NCBI GenBank assembly: GCA_965203295.1
Contig: CBDBCZ010000017.1
Span: 2,272,001 to 2,336,000, forward strand
Direction: 5' to 3'
Source of the DNA: Nitrospirales bacterium
GTDB taxonomy: Bacteria > Nitrospirota > Nitrospiria > Nitrospirales > UBA8639
DNA length: 64,000 nt
This document shows, one piece after another, positions 47,212-59,180 of the stretch; within the stretch, counting starts at the first letter, position 1, and each line of letters opens with the position of its first letter. Made by a program: the position numbers and the translations under genes. The notes under the pieces were generated by a model that saw only the letters and a program-made list of their open reading frames with translations, was not told where the DNA came from and ran no database searches.

Positions 47212-48622
47212 TAGGTGGTTCAGTCCCATCGCTGATTCTGACTTTGACATTTAGTATTTCTGCTACCACTCTATGCCTGCATACATCATCATGATTGTAA
47301 CTGTGCACTTGCAATGGATATTTTTCAGACTTCATCAAAATGGTGTGCTACAATTATTTTCCCAGAAATGATTGTGTCTGTTTATGTCTGATCATGTCAG
47401 ACCAAACCTCAGTCTGGTCTGACAATTTGTCAGGCACATACAGAAAATTATAATTGTCTCTGGGTTGATGTTTGGATTGAGCAGCGTATGCATAATTTGA
47501 ATTGCGGCATATTTTGGAGGTAGTGTTTCAAATATTGGGACACCAAAGTCATTCCTACAGTGTGACAAGAAGTACAGAAAGTATTATTATTATTATAATG
47601 CCTCAGCACCAACAGTACATAGTATCCCTTTGAGTGTGATAAGCTATCAATACGTATGCCTATGCCTAGCAAATGCTTCTGCATATCGTGGCAGGTGTAC
47701 ACCGCAAGGGGTCACACTTGCCAATAAAGCAATACATGCTTGTGGTAGCTAAATGTCAGGCACTGTCTTTATTATACTATTGTGCAAGAATTTAACACAA
47801 GAAATTGTGATTCTAGGAATTTATTAGGAGTCTAATCTAGCACAAGTCCATGACTAATTATTTTAAGCTGAATCCACAAGAGGTTTACAACTCCAGGAAA
47901 TATACTTTGCAAGTAATAGTTAAAGGTCAGATTGGGTGAATAGCATTATAGACTATTAGCTAAAACAACTGTTAATCAGCTAAGTCCACAAATTTAATAG
48001 GGTCTGAGCCTTCACTAATTGGCTCTTCTGAGTCTTCTGGGTTGTGCTGCTGCTGTTGCCTATCAAAATGCTTGTGAAACCTTGGTCTATCTCTTGGGAC
48101 AAACAAAACAAAAAACCGGCATTTCTCAAAGCCTCCACCAAAAGATTCCCTAAATCACTCTTCTGGGTTGTGCTGCTGCTGTTGCCTATCAAACTGCTTG
48201 TGACACTGTGATGCAACTAATTTCTGTCCCTACCTTCTATCGGGAGCACATGAATCAATCATAGGCTCCTACTTGTACACAAGACCGAAACTATTAGTTG
48301 AAGTAGCTACATTGATTGATATGTACCTGCACTCAATTAGTGCGTGGGCACATAAACACATCACAGCACACGTCAATTAATACCAGGCCTTTCCCCTTGC
48401 TTTTTCTCCACGGCCGCAAGGCAAAAGTTGGGGTGGTAAGGACTGAAAACCTACAGTAGTGGACAAAAAAAAGTTGCCGTTCCGTTTTCGTAGTACGATC
48501 GTACAATGGTTAATCAATTGAGCGTTCGGAATACGTATGAAAATCGTACTATGTTCCGTGCGTTCCGTTTCGAAATCGTTCCGTTTTGCGTCATTTCAAA
48601 CACGTGTGAAAGTGCAGCTGCT

Positions 48623-49539
48623 ATGGTTTACAGTACGTATAAGAAGCAGAGGATTCTTTACCTTCACTTCCGAGGCTTTAAGCCTCCAACCATAGTGAAA
48701 TTGTTGCTAGAAGAGAAGATGAAAGCAAGCAGATGGGGGGTAGCGAAATTTCTCAAGCGGTTTCGGGAAGACGGCACTATTTTGCGGCGGGTTGGCACGA
48801 GAAGGCCTTCGAAGGTCACAGCGGAGGTGAAAGCCATCGTCGAGGAGCAGATGAGACTCGACGATGAAACTACAGCCTTTCAGCTCCACCGACTGCTAAC
48901 AGAGAAGGGCTACGATTTGACACGTCGCACTATCCTTCATTGTAGGACGCAGCTGGGGTGGACATTCAGGGGCAGCTCGTACTGCCAGCTGATTCGAGTC
49001 GCTAATAAGGAAAAGCGTCTCGCGTGGGCCCTGCGAAACAGAAACGGTACCTTTGAGGATGTTGTCTGGTCGGATGAATCTTCAATTCAGCTTGAGACCC
49101 ATCGAAGGTTCTGTTGCCGAAAGAAAGGAGAACGGCCACGCAACAAACCAAGGTTTGTGATAGTAATATGTACATATGCAGCTAAGCTACACTGATTCCG
49201 TTTGCTGCTGATGTGTTTCCGGAGGGATTTCGGTTCATGCAAGATAATGATCCGAAACACACGTCAAGACATGGCAAGGCATGGATTGAGAGCAAGGGTC
49301 TGAACTGGTGGAAGATGCCAGCGGAATCTCCGGACTTGAACCCAATCGAGAACCTTCGGCACGAGCTCAAGGAGTTCCTGAGGCGGGAGATCAAGCCTAG
49401 GACGAAGGAAGCCCTCGTTGACGGCATTGAGACTTTTTGGAGAACAGTAGACAAGGCACAATGTGCTCGCTATATACGGCATCTGCGCAAAGTGATTCCA
49501 CGCGTTATCGAACTAAATGGAGATGCCACTGGGTATTGA
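48623..49539 (+). pseudogene. Tc1-like DD34E transposase, internally deleted
   Basis: HTH-like N-terminus, VWSDES (D), FMQDNDPKH (D) and SPDLNPIE (E, with 34 residues between D2 and E). After the donor near 49152 the sequence resumes at LIPFAADVFPEG. The usual VWxxIS segment and a splice acceptor are missing. Confidence 0.9.
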
Positions 49540-50214
49540 CGTTGTTTCTTATGCAAGTAAATTTTCTTTGACAAGATAAACTGTATATTACTGTCCAATG
49601 CATTTATGATATAATACGGCTTATAATATGATACATGTAATAAAAAATAGCATGTAAAAGAAAAGCAACAGCAGGCAAAATGAATGTAGACAAGCTTATC
49701 GAAGTCTCTTGCATGCTTGTCCAACAGCATTGAAGCAAACACCCCATACGCTTTCGAACTCGACTGGGTTTGACCAGTACTGGGAAAATTGGTCAAACAT
49801 CACTTCTTTTAGAAAGTTTAGTTCGTCGTTTGGTAGTGCAGGAAGCTCTCTACTTCCGCCAGGAGTGCACTGTGCAAGGACTGCGTCACCAAAGATGGCT
49901 TGACGGGCTAACTTCACTGCTAGTGTTCCAGCTTTACACTCTCCTCGCAATTTGGGGTGTTCCTGGATGACACGACTGGCTGGCTTCAATTTTTCTTTGT
50001 TGATAGCAGAAGACGATAATGCGAGCTATGTTCGCCTTCCAAAAATGGAAGCTTTGTGGCACCTACAAATCATCCAAATCTGGAAGAATATTGTGAACAA
50101 ACAATAATCATCCAAATTTGGATGATTTTCGACTGATTTTTCCTCTATAGAGACTGAAAGAACAAATTTCATCCAAATATGGAAGAGGTTTTTCTTCCCA
50201 TTTTGGAAGTCATT

Positions 50215-50640
50215 TTAAATCTTCCATTATTGGAAGACTTTGCCCATCCAGTTTTGGAACCTTATTTATAGTCTTCCATTATTGGAAGAGCCTTCTCATC
50301 CAGTTTTGGAACTTTATATAAATTAATATAGTCTTCCATTATCGGAAGAACCTTCTCATCCCGTTTTGGAACTTTATATAGTCTTCCATTATTGGAAGAA
50401 CATAGTCTTCCGTTATTGGAAGAATCTTCTCATCCAGTTTTGGAGCATTATATAAATTAACATAGTCTTCCATTATTGGAAGAATCTTCTCATCCAGTTT
50501 TGGAACCTTATTTAAATTAATATAGTCTTCCATTATTGGAAGAATCTTCTCATCCAGTTTTGGAACCTTATATAAGTTAATATAGTCCTCCGTTATTGGA
50601 GAATCTTCTCATCCAGTTTTGGAACTTTATTTAAATTAAT
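50215..50640. repeat. 60-bp subterminal tandem array, left arm
   Basis: Reverse complement of the 54770-55270 array, with some truncated units. Confidence 0.93.
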
Positions 50641-50654
50641 ACATAATAGATAAA

Positions 50655-53389
50655 CATTTACAAAGAGAGATGGCTGAGGCTAAGCTTGCATGATTTATCC
50701 ATGTTCTTTAAAGCAAGAAACAATGCACAATGTAACTTAAAATTATCAATACTCATATGCACGCAAGTTGTCCACGAATTTTCTGCAGCCCAGAATTTGC
50801 TTGCTCATAGACTTGCGAGTTTATTTCCTTTACTCTTTTGTCGGCATATCCATCAAGGCAGTATCCCCTAGAACAGCCTACATGTCCCCGCCAGTGGAAC
50901 CGGTCAACAAGAAACCGAGTTTTTTGAAAAAAGCGGGGCTCTCGATTGAGACAGTACATATGCAGTCTGCAGGCATTGTCGTAGATTATCATGTCTGGTG
51001 GCTGTGGGAATCGGGTTTTGAAAATTGAAAATGGGTGTCGTGGTGATTCACATCGCTCCAGAATCTCAAAGCCATAGCATACCCCATGCTGGCAATATAT
51101 TGTAAAAATTCCTGGAGAAAGGGTCGGATGGCCGTAGGAGTTCTTCCGGCAAGAGTCTTGCTCCGATCTGCTCGCTACTCTGTCGGCTTCATATGCTGCA
51201 TCTCCATGGAGCTTTGGTAGGCTGGGAAAAAAGCTAAGGGGATGTTCTGTTGGTGTAGGGTAGACACTGGTAAGGGGTGGTGAGCCTTGGAATGGTGCAG
51301 TAAGAATACGGAGGAGGAGATGAAGGAGTTTACGAACATCTTCTGGTAACACCCCATCTTCAGTTGGACATGTATTGATGAACTGTGCCAGAACTGGTGC
51401 ATGCTGCTGAATCTCACCTAGCTCTGTATGGTGCACTGAGTTTCTCAGATCTATTTGACCATCAGCCACTGCTGTGATGATCTGCAGTACTTTCTTGTGA
51501 CCAGCTACCTGCAAATGAATTCGGCAATATATTAGTTATCCATCTCCTGCCTTGGTACAAACGGTCCTACAGTATGTTTGGTTACCTACTGCAGAATAAC
51601 AATAACATTATTCATACCTGCAAAAGCCCACAGATTGGTGAGCTTCGAGACAGCTCACTAAGAAAGAGCCGGTATGGTTCTGGAGAACTCCTTCCATTCT
51701 CATGCACCAGCCTCTGTATCACTTCTGCAAGAGAAGAAAGATCCTCTGCTCGTAGCAGCCTGTCTAGTTGCTGCAGGTCAGCAGAAGTCAGCTGAGAAGG
51801 ATTTCTCAAACGCTTTCTATCCCTTGAATACCCACTGAACTGGAGAAGCAGTTCTCGAGCTTTTTGACTCCTAATGAGTACCCTCTCCGCATGCTGGCTT
51901 CCCGAGATATAGGCTTTCTCTTCTTCTGCAGCTCTACCAGATTCAACCTGAAGAAAAGGGGAGATGTGTTACTCATGCGGCTGTTAACAGCTGCAGTGTA
52001 GTAGGGCGCATAAAATGAAGATATGCAGTAAAAGTGTAATATTGTTTCTCTTGGCATACCTGACACTGTTCCAAAAGGTCCTTCCGGAAACTTATCATGG
52101 TACCATCGCAAACCACCACTTTTGGGGTGGGTCCGCAGAGTGGACAGACAAATGACTCTTGCCAGTTGATATCCTTCTTTCCACTTTCATAGAGGTCATG
52201 CAGCTCCCTGAGATAGCCTGGTAGAGGGTATGGAACTTTCCTAAGCATAGAAAGAATGTAGTTAGCTATACCCATGATGCTATATATCATATTATTGGGG
52301 CAAGCGTGAGCGAGCCCCCCCTTAGTGCTGTGAATGGCAATTTTGTCTGTCCGTCCGTCCGTCCGTACGGATGCATGGTCCTATATACCGCAAATACTTC
52401 AAATACCTATTTCAATGACATGCCCTCGCTCACGCTCACCCCACAATGCTCTGCATTCACTAGTTATGTACACGGTATACAAAAACATCACTTACTTGTA
52501 GGAGTAGCAATGGTAGGTTGGGCTTGCATCTGATTCTGGCGCACTCTCAAGCTCTATATCTTGCTCCTCACACCATTCCTCAAATGCTCGGACGTGATTG
52601 CAGTGCCCACTACACAGAAGGCATTGAAGTTTTGGAGTACGCTTCCGTCCAATCAGTCCATAACTGCTCCCATCAAATACAGCAGCTAAAAGCGGTTGAA
52701 GGGTAAGGATATCAGCAGAGACCTGACTGTTCTGTAGGGCCTCATCCTCCTCTTCTCCATGCTCCCTACTGCCAACATCACTAGAAAAGTGAAGGTATTG
52801 GAATGCACGCCTGCAGGACAGAATATATAGTACGATTATTAATGTTATCCACAGCCATGCACTAGCTATGCATGCATCATGTACTCACCTGTGTATGCAG
52901 TAGAGAGAGACCTCTCTATCCTTGAACTGCTGTAGGTTTTCGGTGATTACAGAACTGGTGGCATGCAGACGCGCACTCTGATCAAGAGATGATGGACATG
53001 AGCAGGTTAGGAGCTTTATCTCTGAGGTCTGGTCATGAAAGTGTACTGGTTGAAGGAGGCAATAGTCACGAACGAGTTCTCCATTGGAAGCACAGTTTGC
53101 CAAGATGAATGCTTCTTGCGGGTGTAGACAAAAGAAACGACCAGCTGCCTTCAAGTTGCGGACATATACCACATCTTTGGAGAAAGCCCCAACCTATAAT
53201 GATTTATAATATTATATTGTAATTCTGAGCTACACAGGATTAATATATAGCTACTGTCCGACAAACCTTAGCCGGTTGTGCAGTGTGATTACTTTGAACT
53301 GTTGTCTTGTGTTTCTGCTTGACATCTGTTGCTGGATTCTTCTTCGTCGTCCTAGTTTTCACTTGAATTCCTTTTCTTCTGCTTGACAT
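50655..53389 (-). pseudogene. Multi-exon KDZ-type transposase, probably defective
   Basis: Motifs are FVCPLCG..VVVCDGT (D), PGIFTIYCQHGVCYGF..ESP, IIYDNACRLH.YCLNREP (D), VDRFHWRGHVGCS and INSQVYEQANS (E). N-terminal Cys/His clusters are LTCSC..YCIH and CLLCSGHCNH. There is a frameshift near 50755. The predicted start is MSSRRKGIQ at 53389. Confidence 0.85.
52293..52464 (+). mobile_element. Short non-autonomous Helitron/Helentron-like insert in a KDZ intron
   Basis: ggggcaagcgtgagcgag is inverted relative to ctcgctcacgctcacccc. It has an internal (gtcc)n microsatellite and ends ...ctagt. Confidence 0.6.
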
Positions 53390-53429
53390 TGTTTCTGCTT
53401 TGAGATACCGTTTGACAAAGCTCTACACC

Positions 53430-53605
53430 TGCTTATATATCCAATCTTTCTCCTTGACGTCACCATCATTACTCCAGAGTTGTCAATTAACGCTGCATAC
53501 TTACAAGCACTGCCGGTACTGCTGTACCAGCGCGTACTCGACGTCACCATACAGCTGACTTTAATCTCGAGCGACAAGCGCGCGACCAAGAGAGGTATAT
53601 AAGCA
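53430..53605. promoter_or_regulatory. Putative bidirectional promoter between KDZ transposase and NRF1-like gene
   Basis: Outward-facing TATATAAG boxes at 53432-53439 (minus) and 53596-53603 (plus). CRE palindrome TGACGTCA at 53455-53462 and a near-CRE at ~53540. Confidence 0.55.
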
Positions 53606-53710
53606 AACAAATTACCATCAGTCCTATAGCTGTTACATGCGCTACAAATTCTCCGAACCCTAAAGAATCTCCGAATTCGAACTCACCTCACTACCGGCGA
53701 TCCTAGTATT

Positions 53711-54654
53711 ATGGCAGGGAAGCGGACCAACGACGCGAGGGACATCAAGCGGAAGATCGAGAAGGTGCAAAAGGCGTGCGCCGAACTGAAAGATCTAGGT
53801 GTAGCAATGGGAGTCATTTACTCATCCAAGAAAACGAACGGGCTACACTTCTTTGGAGACCAACGCATCACCTCAGTTGTCGAGATGCACAAAGACGAAA
53901 TCCTGCTAAATACCGCGTGGTTTGACGATGAGAACGAGGATCCAGAACGAATCGAGGATCGTGATCCAGGTTTCATTCTCCCGTCGCTCCCAGCTGAACT
54001 GCAAACCCTTAACGGGGTGACGCTCAAGGCAGTGATAGCGGGTCTCGTCAATGATCTGGGCTTAACTTGGAAGTCTGAAAAACCATGCTGGTGGCCTTCT
54101 GAGTTTCCCTTTCGACACCCAAAAACGCCACCAGAAAATTGTGGTAAGTGCGGCCTATATTCTAATTATAGCCTCCGTAGTGGCGCTGCAACGCAGGTAC
54201 TTAATTAAAAAGCTTATGTTTGTATTTACTGTCACCATATTAAACTTTTCCCCTAACTACAGGCAACTGGAGTAATGGAATGCGTCGCATTATTGCAGCA
54301 TGTTACAGCTACTATGGCCACAGTGTAGGTGACTATGTCCTACCACAACTAGAAGACCCTAGGGAAAGGAAGATTATACCTGATGACTTGAGTCACCCAC
54401 CCATGCCTCCAATTACCCCACTTCGGACTTCCACGCCACGGCATTCGAGCAACCTTCTGACTTCTCCCTGCGTCCTCAGTCCTCTACCCCCAACACCACG
54501 ACGCCCGACTTCTGCCACCCTAAGTCCTCTACCACCAACACCACAATGTCGCCAGGTTTCAACACAGTCCCCTCCATTCAAGAGAACCAAACTATCACAT
54601 AATCCCAAACAGTTCACTCCACTGGCTGTACGTAGACCTAGAAGGAATCTGTAG
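53711..54654 (+). CDS. Two-exon gene (53711-54143, 54263-54654) with NRF1/Ewg-like DNA-binding domain and Pro/Ser/Thr-rich tail
   Basis: A GT..AG intron (54144-54262) splices in frame. The product reads LPSLPAELQTLNGVTLKAVI...TWKSEKPCWWPSEFPF...GNWSNGMRRIIAACYSYYG. This parallels NRF1 as recalled (LPPL...MTQAQLRAFI...WGKESCKPIWWPEDIPW...SWTQALRTIVKNCYKQHG). There are no stops. Confidence 0.8.
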
Positions 54655-54769
54655 ATGATGTCTTAATCCTGTTTTTAGTGGTTTATATAGGTTTGGTAAT
54701 GTGTGTTGTGTGAACATTATAAAAGTTTCAACACTGGATGACAAATTTAATTTAAATGACCAATATCAG

Positions 54770-55270
54770 ATGAGAAGATTCTTCCAATAATGGAAGACTA
54801 TATTAATTTAAATAAGGTTCCAAAACTGGATGAGAAGATTCTTCCAATAATGGAAGACTATATTAATTTAAATAAGGTTCCAAAACTGGATGAGAAGATT
54901 CTTCCATTAATGGAAGACTATATTATTTTAAATAAGGTTCCAAAACTGGATGAGAAGATTCTTCCAATAATGGAAGACTATATAAAGTTCCAAAACTGGA
55001 TGAGAAGATTCTTCCAATAATGGAAGACTATATTAATTTAAATAAGGTTCCAAAACTGGATGAGAAGATTCTTGCAATAATGGAAGACTATATCATTTTA
55101 AATAAGGTTCAAAAACTGGATGAGAAGATTCTTCCGATAATGGAAGACTATGTTAATTTATATAAAGTTCCAAAACTGGATGAGAACATTCTTCCGATAA
55201 TGGAAGACTATATTAATTTATACAAAGTTCCAAAATTGGATGTGAAGGTTCTTCCAATAATGGAAGATTT
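54770..55270. repeat. 60-bp subterminal tandem array, right arm (~8 units)
   Basis: Unit gatgagaagattcttccaataatggaagactatattaatttaaataaggttccaaaactg. Confidence 0.96.
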
Positions 55271-57606
55271 AAAATGACTTCCAAAATGGGAAGAAAAACC
55301 TCTTCCATATTTGGATGAAATTTGTTCTTTCAGTCTCTATAGAGGAAAAATCAGTCGAAAATCATCCAAATTTGGATGATTATTGTTTGTTCACAATAAT
55401 CTTCCAGATTTGGATGATTTGTAGGTGCCACAAAGCTTCCATTTTTGGAACGCGACCATACCTGGATAATGCATTGCCAGCTTTCTTGATGGCAACTGGT
55501 TTTGGCTTAGACCCGCTGGAGTTTGCTGCAGTAGAAGGGCCGGAGACTGACGGACTGGTAGGAGTCTGGGGGGGTTGACACATTTGGGGCGATTGGGCGG
55601 GTTGATAGGGCTGAGGTGATTGATAGACATATGACTGCTGTTGATACGGTTGGGGGACTTGATAAGGATACGGCGGCTGTTGTGACCAATTTGGCTGAGG
55701 TACGTGGCTAGATGTCCAAGATTGCTCAAGTGCCGCAAGTCTAGCTAGAATTGTCTGCTGAATATCGTCAATCGCTTGCTGTTTTGCTTCCATGGTTAGG
55801 ACTTTGGTCTCCAATTCACGAACAGCTATCTCAAAAAGCAGGGGATCTGGGGGGGATGTAAGAAGCACCTCTTTGCTAACATGTTTCTATTTAGTGCTCA
55901 CCCCCCTACACGTACAGGGTCTGCTTGCTATGAATAACTCACCTGATTCTGATAGGTCGCTGGTGCTGCTAGAATTGCTGATGTCCATTGAAGAACTAAA
56001 CGAGTCATCGGTCTCGACAGCAGCAGCAGTAGCACTATCAGTCTCGACAGGAGTGATCGTGGCAAACTTAGAGGGGGTTCCTGTCAGGTCAATAAACATA
56101 TTCTTGAATATTTTCTATTTAGTGCTCACTTATCCCCCCCCCCCCCCCCAAACTACACCATACATGCAAAAGGGTCTATTGCACATGATTGCCTACTCAT
56201 GGGCTTCCGTTCCTGAATCCTAGTGGGTATGAAAAAGTTTACTCACCTAATTCTGAAAGGTCACTGGTGCTGTTGGAACTGCTGATATACATTGAGACAT
56301 CTGATGAACCATCACCGTCAATAGTAGTCTGGATGGACAGTAGGACCCTTCGCAGTAGCATCCTTGGTAGCAGTGGTCTCAGCAGCAGTGGTCTCAGCAG
56401 CAGTGGTCTTCGATGGTGTTTCGGTCAGGTCAATAGTTGAATGTTTGACAACACGAATAATTGATCCCTCATCTAATAAAACATTAGGAGATGATGCAAT
56501 CATTAGGTACCTTGAGTGTTAGTGAAAGTCTCCTGCCCTACTCATGTATAAATAATTGACATACATGTACCTTTAGGTGCTTTTGCAGGTTTTTTTGCAG
56601 CTGAAGTCTTTCCTTTTTTTGCAGCTGTCTTCTTCGCCGCTGGCTGCTTCTTTTGTGGTTTCTTGCAGTTTTCTTTCCCTTCTGCACCATTTTGATCTAT
56701 TATAAACACAACATACATGCAATAACACACTAGATCTAATAAGTACATGTGCAGGCCCAGACCTGATTTAATTATGGTACAATCAATCAATCAAATTTTA
56801 TTAATGTGTCACCAGTATACACAAACAAGAACTGCTACAGGCAGCAGTAATGAAGTACTAGTAGTAGCCTGTACAATTATACCTCTCTTTTTCTTCTTGG
56901 CTGGTGGCTTCACTGGGGTGTTTTGTTTCAGCTCCACCAGAGGGTTGGCTCCCTGTTGAAATGGTGTGTATTCTCCATCAATGAAATCATCCGAGAGTTT
57001 CTCCATCTCATCTTTTGATCCTGTAATGAAAGGAAAGTTTTACGTGCAGTATATTGTGCATACATGAGGTAGGTAGTGTATGCTGAGGAGCCCAGCAGAA
57101 CTGGCAGTGTATTCAAAAAAAGGCATTTACCAATTGCAGCAACACGTCCATCGTAAACTGTCCGCATGTACTTGACTTTACAGTAGTCTCCAACAGTCAG
57201 TGTCCTGCTTTCAGGTTCCAGAGTGCTGTTACTAGGTACAGCGGTCACAGAGTCTTCTCCCGACCAGTAAATCAGGAAAAAGTTCCCTGTGAAAGAGATA
57301 TGGGTTTTGTTAAACTGGTCTGCACACTATAGCAGCTTAATATCTGCCCTCAACTGTATATTAAAACGCTCTCTAGTCCTATCCTCGTTCCCAGGCGCCA
57401 GTTTTAATACAGCTACATGCTATTCTGTGCTTGGAACGCCTACTCTGCATCATCAAATACATCTTAGAGCTAGCTAGTTAACTACAGATGGCTTATTGAC
57501 TGTTTATCAGGATTGAAAACACGTACACACAAAACGTACAAGTTCCCACTGTTGAAAATACTCACCGTTTGGCTTCTGACGTTTCAAGACAGTTCTTAGA
57601 GTCATC

Positions 57607-57708
57607 CTCGATGGCTGGCAGTAGTTGACTGTAAAAACGTTCGATGGCTGGCAGTAGTTGACTGTAAAAACGCTCGATGGCTGGCGGTAGTCGACTGTAA
57701 AAACGTTC
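57607..57708. repeat. 33-bp tandem repeat x3 upstream of the BEN-like gene
   Basis: tcgatggctggcagtagttgactgtaaaaacg(t/c) repeated. Confidence 0.9.
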
Positions 57709-59180
57709 ACACTACACGTGTAAAACGGAAGTGCGATTCGTAATTACGGTACGGTACGGTAATCGCGCTACCGTCGGCAGATTGTGTACCGCGGGTATTT
57801 CAGGAAACGATCGAACGTACTACGATCGTACTACAGAAACGGAACGGCAACTTTTTTTTGTCCACTACTGTATATATATATATATGTAGCTAGAATGAAT
57901 AAGTAAAGGCGTAGGTAGAATGAATAACTAAAGGTGTGAGCAAATAAGCATATAGCCAAGGGCTTACTTGACAATCTCGTGTCCATCTCCACCATCACCA
58001 GAGCTTTCAGAATCACTGCAGTCTGTAGTATGATAGAGAGGGAAAAAAGAGAATCCCTTCTTATCATAAAATGTATGCACACCACATCACTAACAGGCCC
58101 ACCCTAAAATGCCATTGTGTAAGTGCACTGCCAACCTAGGGCTGCCAGATTATGGACAGTTACATCACTAGGCTGGTGCTGGCCCTCCTAGAAGCCATTG
58201 GGCAAGTGCACCACCAAACCTAGGGCAGCCAGATTATACAGAGTTACATCACTAGCCTGGTGCCAGGCCATGGCCCACCCTAGAAGCCACTGTGCAACAA
58301 CTATGTGCTGCCATATTACCCACAGTTACATCATAATGTGGACATAAACGGTAGCAGTATGAGCATAATTGACCTTTCACACATGGAGTAGCACTGTCAG
58401 CAGCAGTATTGGCACTGGTAGTCCAGCAAAACCCATTTAACAGTGACAGTCAGATAGTGGTAGTGCAGCCCCACTAGTAGCTAACATCAAATATTTACAT
58501 TTCATTAAGCATCTAACCTCTGGCATTATGTTCTATAAACATTTTTACATGACATTTTTGTGAGCATAATAGGGATCATCAAGAGCATAATTGGACATCT
58601 CTGGAGCATTATGGGATGGCATAATGGGCAGATTTTTTAGCATAATAGCCTCATCCCTAAGGCTGGGTAAGGCCCGCCCTAGAAGCCACAGTGGCACTGT
58701 GGCAGACAAACTTGCACTTTCACCTTTCTCACACCAATGAACTCAAGCTTGAGAGCTCCCTCTCCTTAGTGGCAAGTATACCACAATACCATACAAAGCA
58801 GCTAACTATTTAGAAGTGACACCATCCAGAAGTTTCTTCATGCTATATAGCGTTCATCTTACCCACAAGTTCCCCACAAATTTTAATTAGGCCCTATACC
58901 AAAAGTACAAAATTACTGAAAATTCTTGACAAGGACCACTTTTGCACTCATTGCATGTGCAACAATAGAGCAGCTGAAGGCCACAAAAACTACATAGAAT
59001 TAAAGTAAAAAATAGTTCCAATGGTGGAAGACTGCACACATAAACAAAATCTTGCCCCTGGGCCTTCTTTACCCCGCTTGAAACATTTGCGGTAGATCTC
59101 TCCAAATCCAAGATAGATATCATGCTGCTTAAGCCTTGGCTGTATCAGTGGTTCTATAACGACAATGGAGAGTAATGGCC

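Larger units (their letters stand above)
50023..55464 (-). mobile_element. KDZ (Kyakuja-Dileera-Zisupton) superfamily transposon, 5.4 kb, long TIRs, 8-bp TSD
   Basis: TSD gataatgc at 50015-50022 and 55465-55472. The ends gagctatgttcgccttccaaaaatggaagc and caggtatggtcgcgttccaaaaatggaagc (reverse complement) extend as about 600-bp inverted arms. Confidence 0.92.
49696..57605 (-). pseudogene. Spliced BEN-like domain gene, paralog of 41682-46970, interrupted by the KDZ element
   Basis: Exon 1 MTLRTVLKRQKPN (57605-57566) splices in frame to exon 2 NFFLIYWSGEDSVTAV...YDGRVAAIG (from 57286), then GSKDEMEKLSDDF. The last exon is restored by removing 50023-55464 and one TSD: ...KKAGNALS|SSAINKEKLKPAS...GTLAVKLARQAIFG...VGQACKRLR*. 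Confidence 0.85.
48454..57870 (+). mobile_element. Tc1-family transposon with BEN-like cargo gene (9.4 kb; ~4.0 kb without the nested element)
   Basis: About 50-bp TIRs cagtagtggacaaaaaaaagttgccgttccgttt..gtagtacgatcgta at both ends, each flanked by TA. Confidence 0.93.

Noticed and set aside
53711..54654. Calling this the host NRF1 ortholog
   Set aside because: It is highly diverged, short and inside a transposon, so the gene symbol is withheld.
54790..55277. MEDYINLNKVPKLDEKILPI repeat ORFs (also 50339-50533)
   Set aside because: These are translations of the 60-bp subterminal arrays, mirrored at both element ends and frameshifted by truncated units.
58137..58659. Possible hAT-like MITE (tagggctgccagattatg ... 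cataatagcctcatcccta)
   Set aside because: The ends match poorly, the left end is duplicated, and no TSD could be confirmed.
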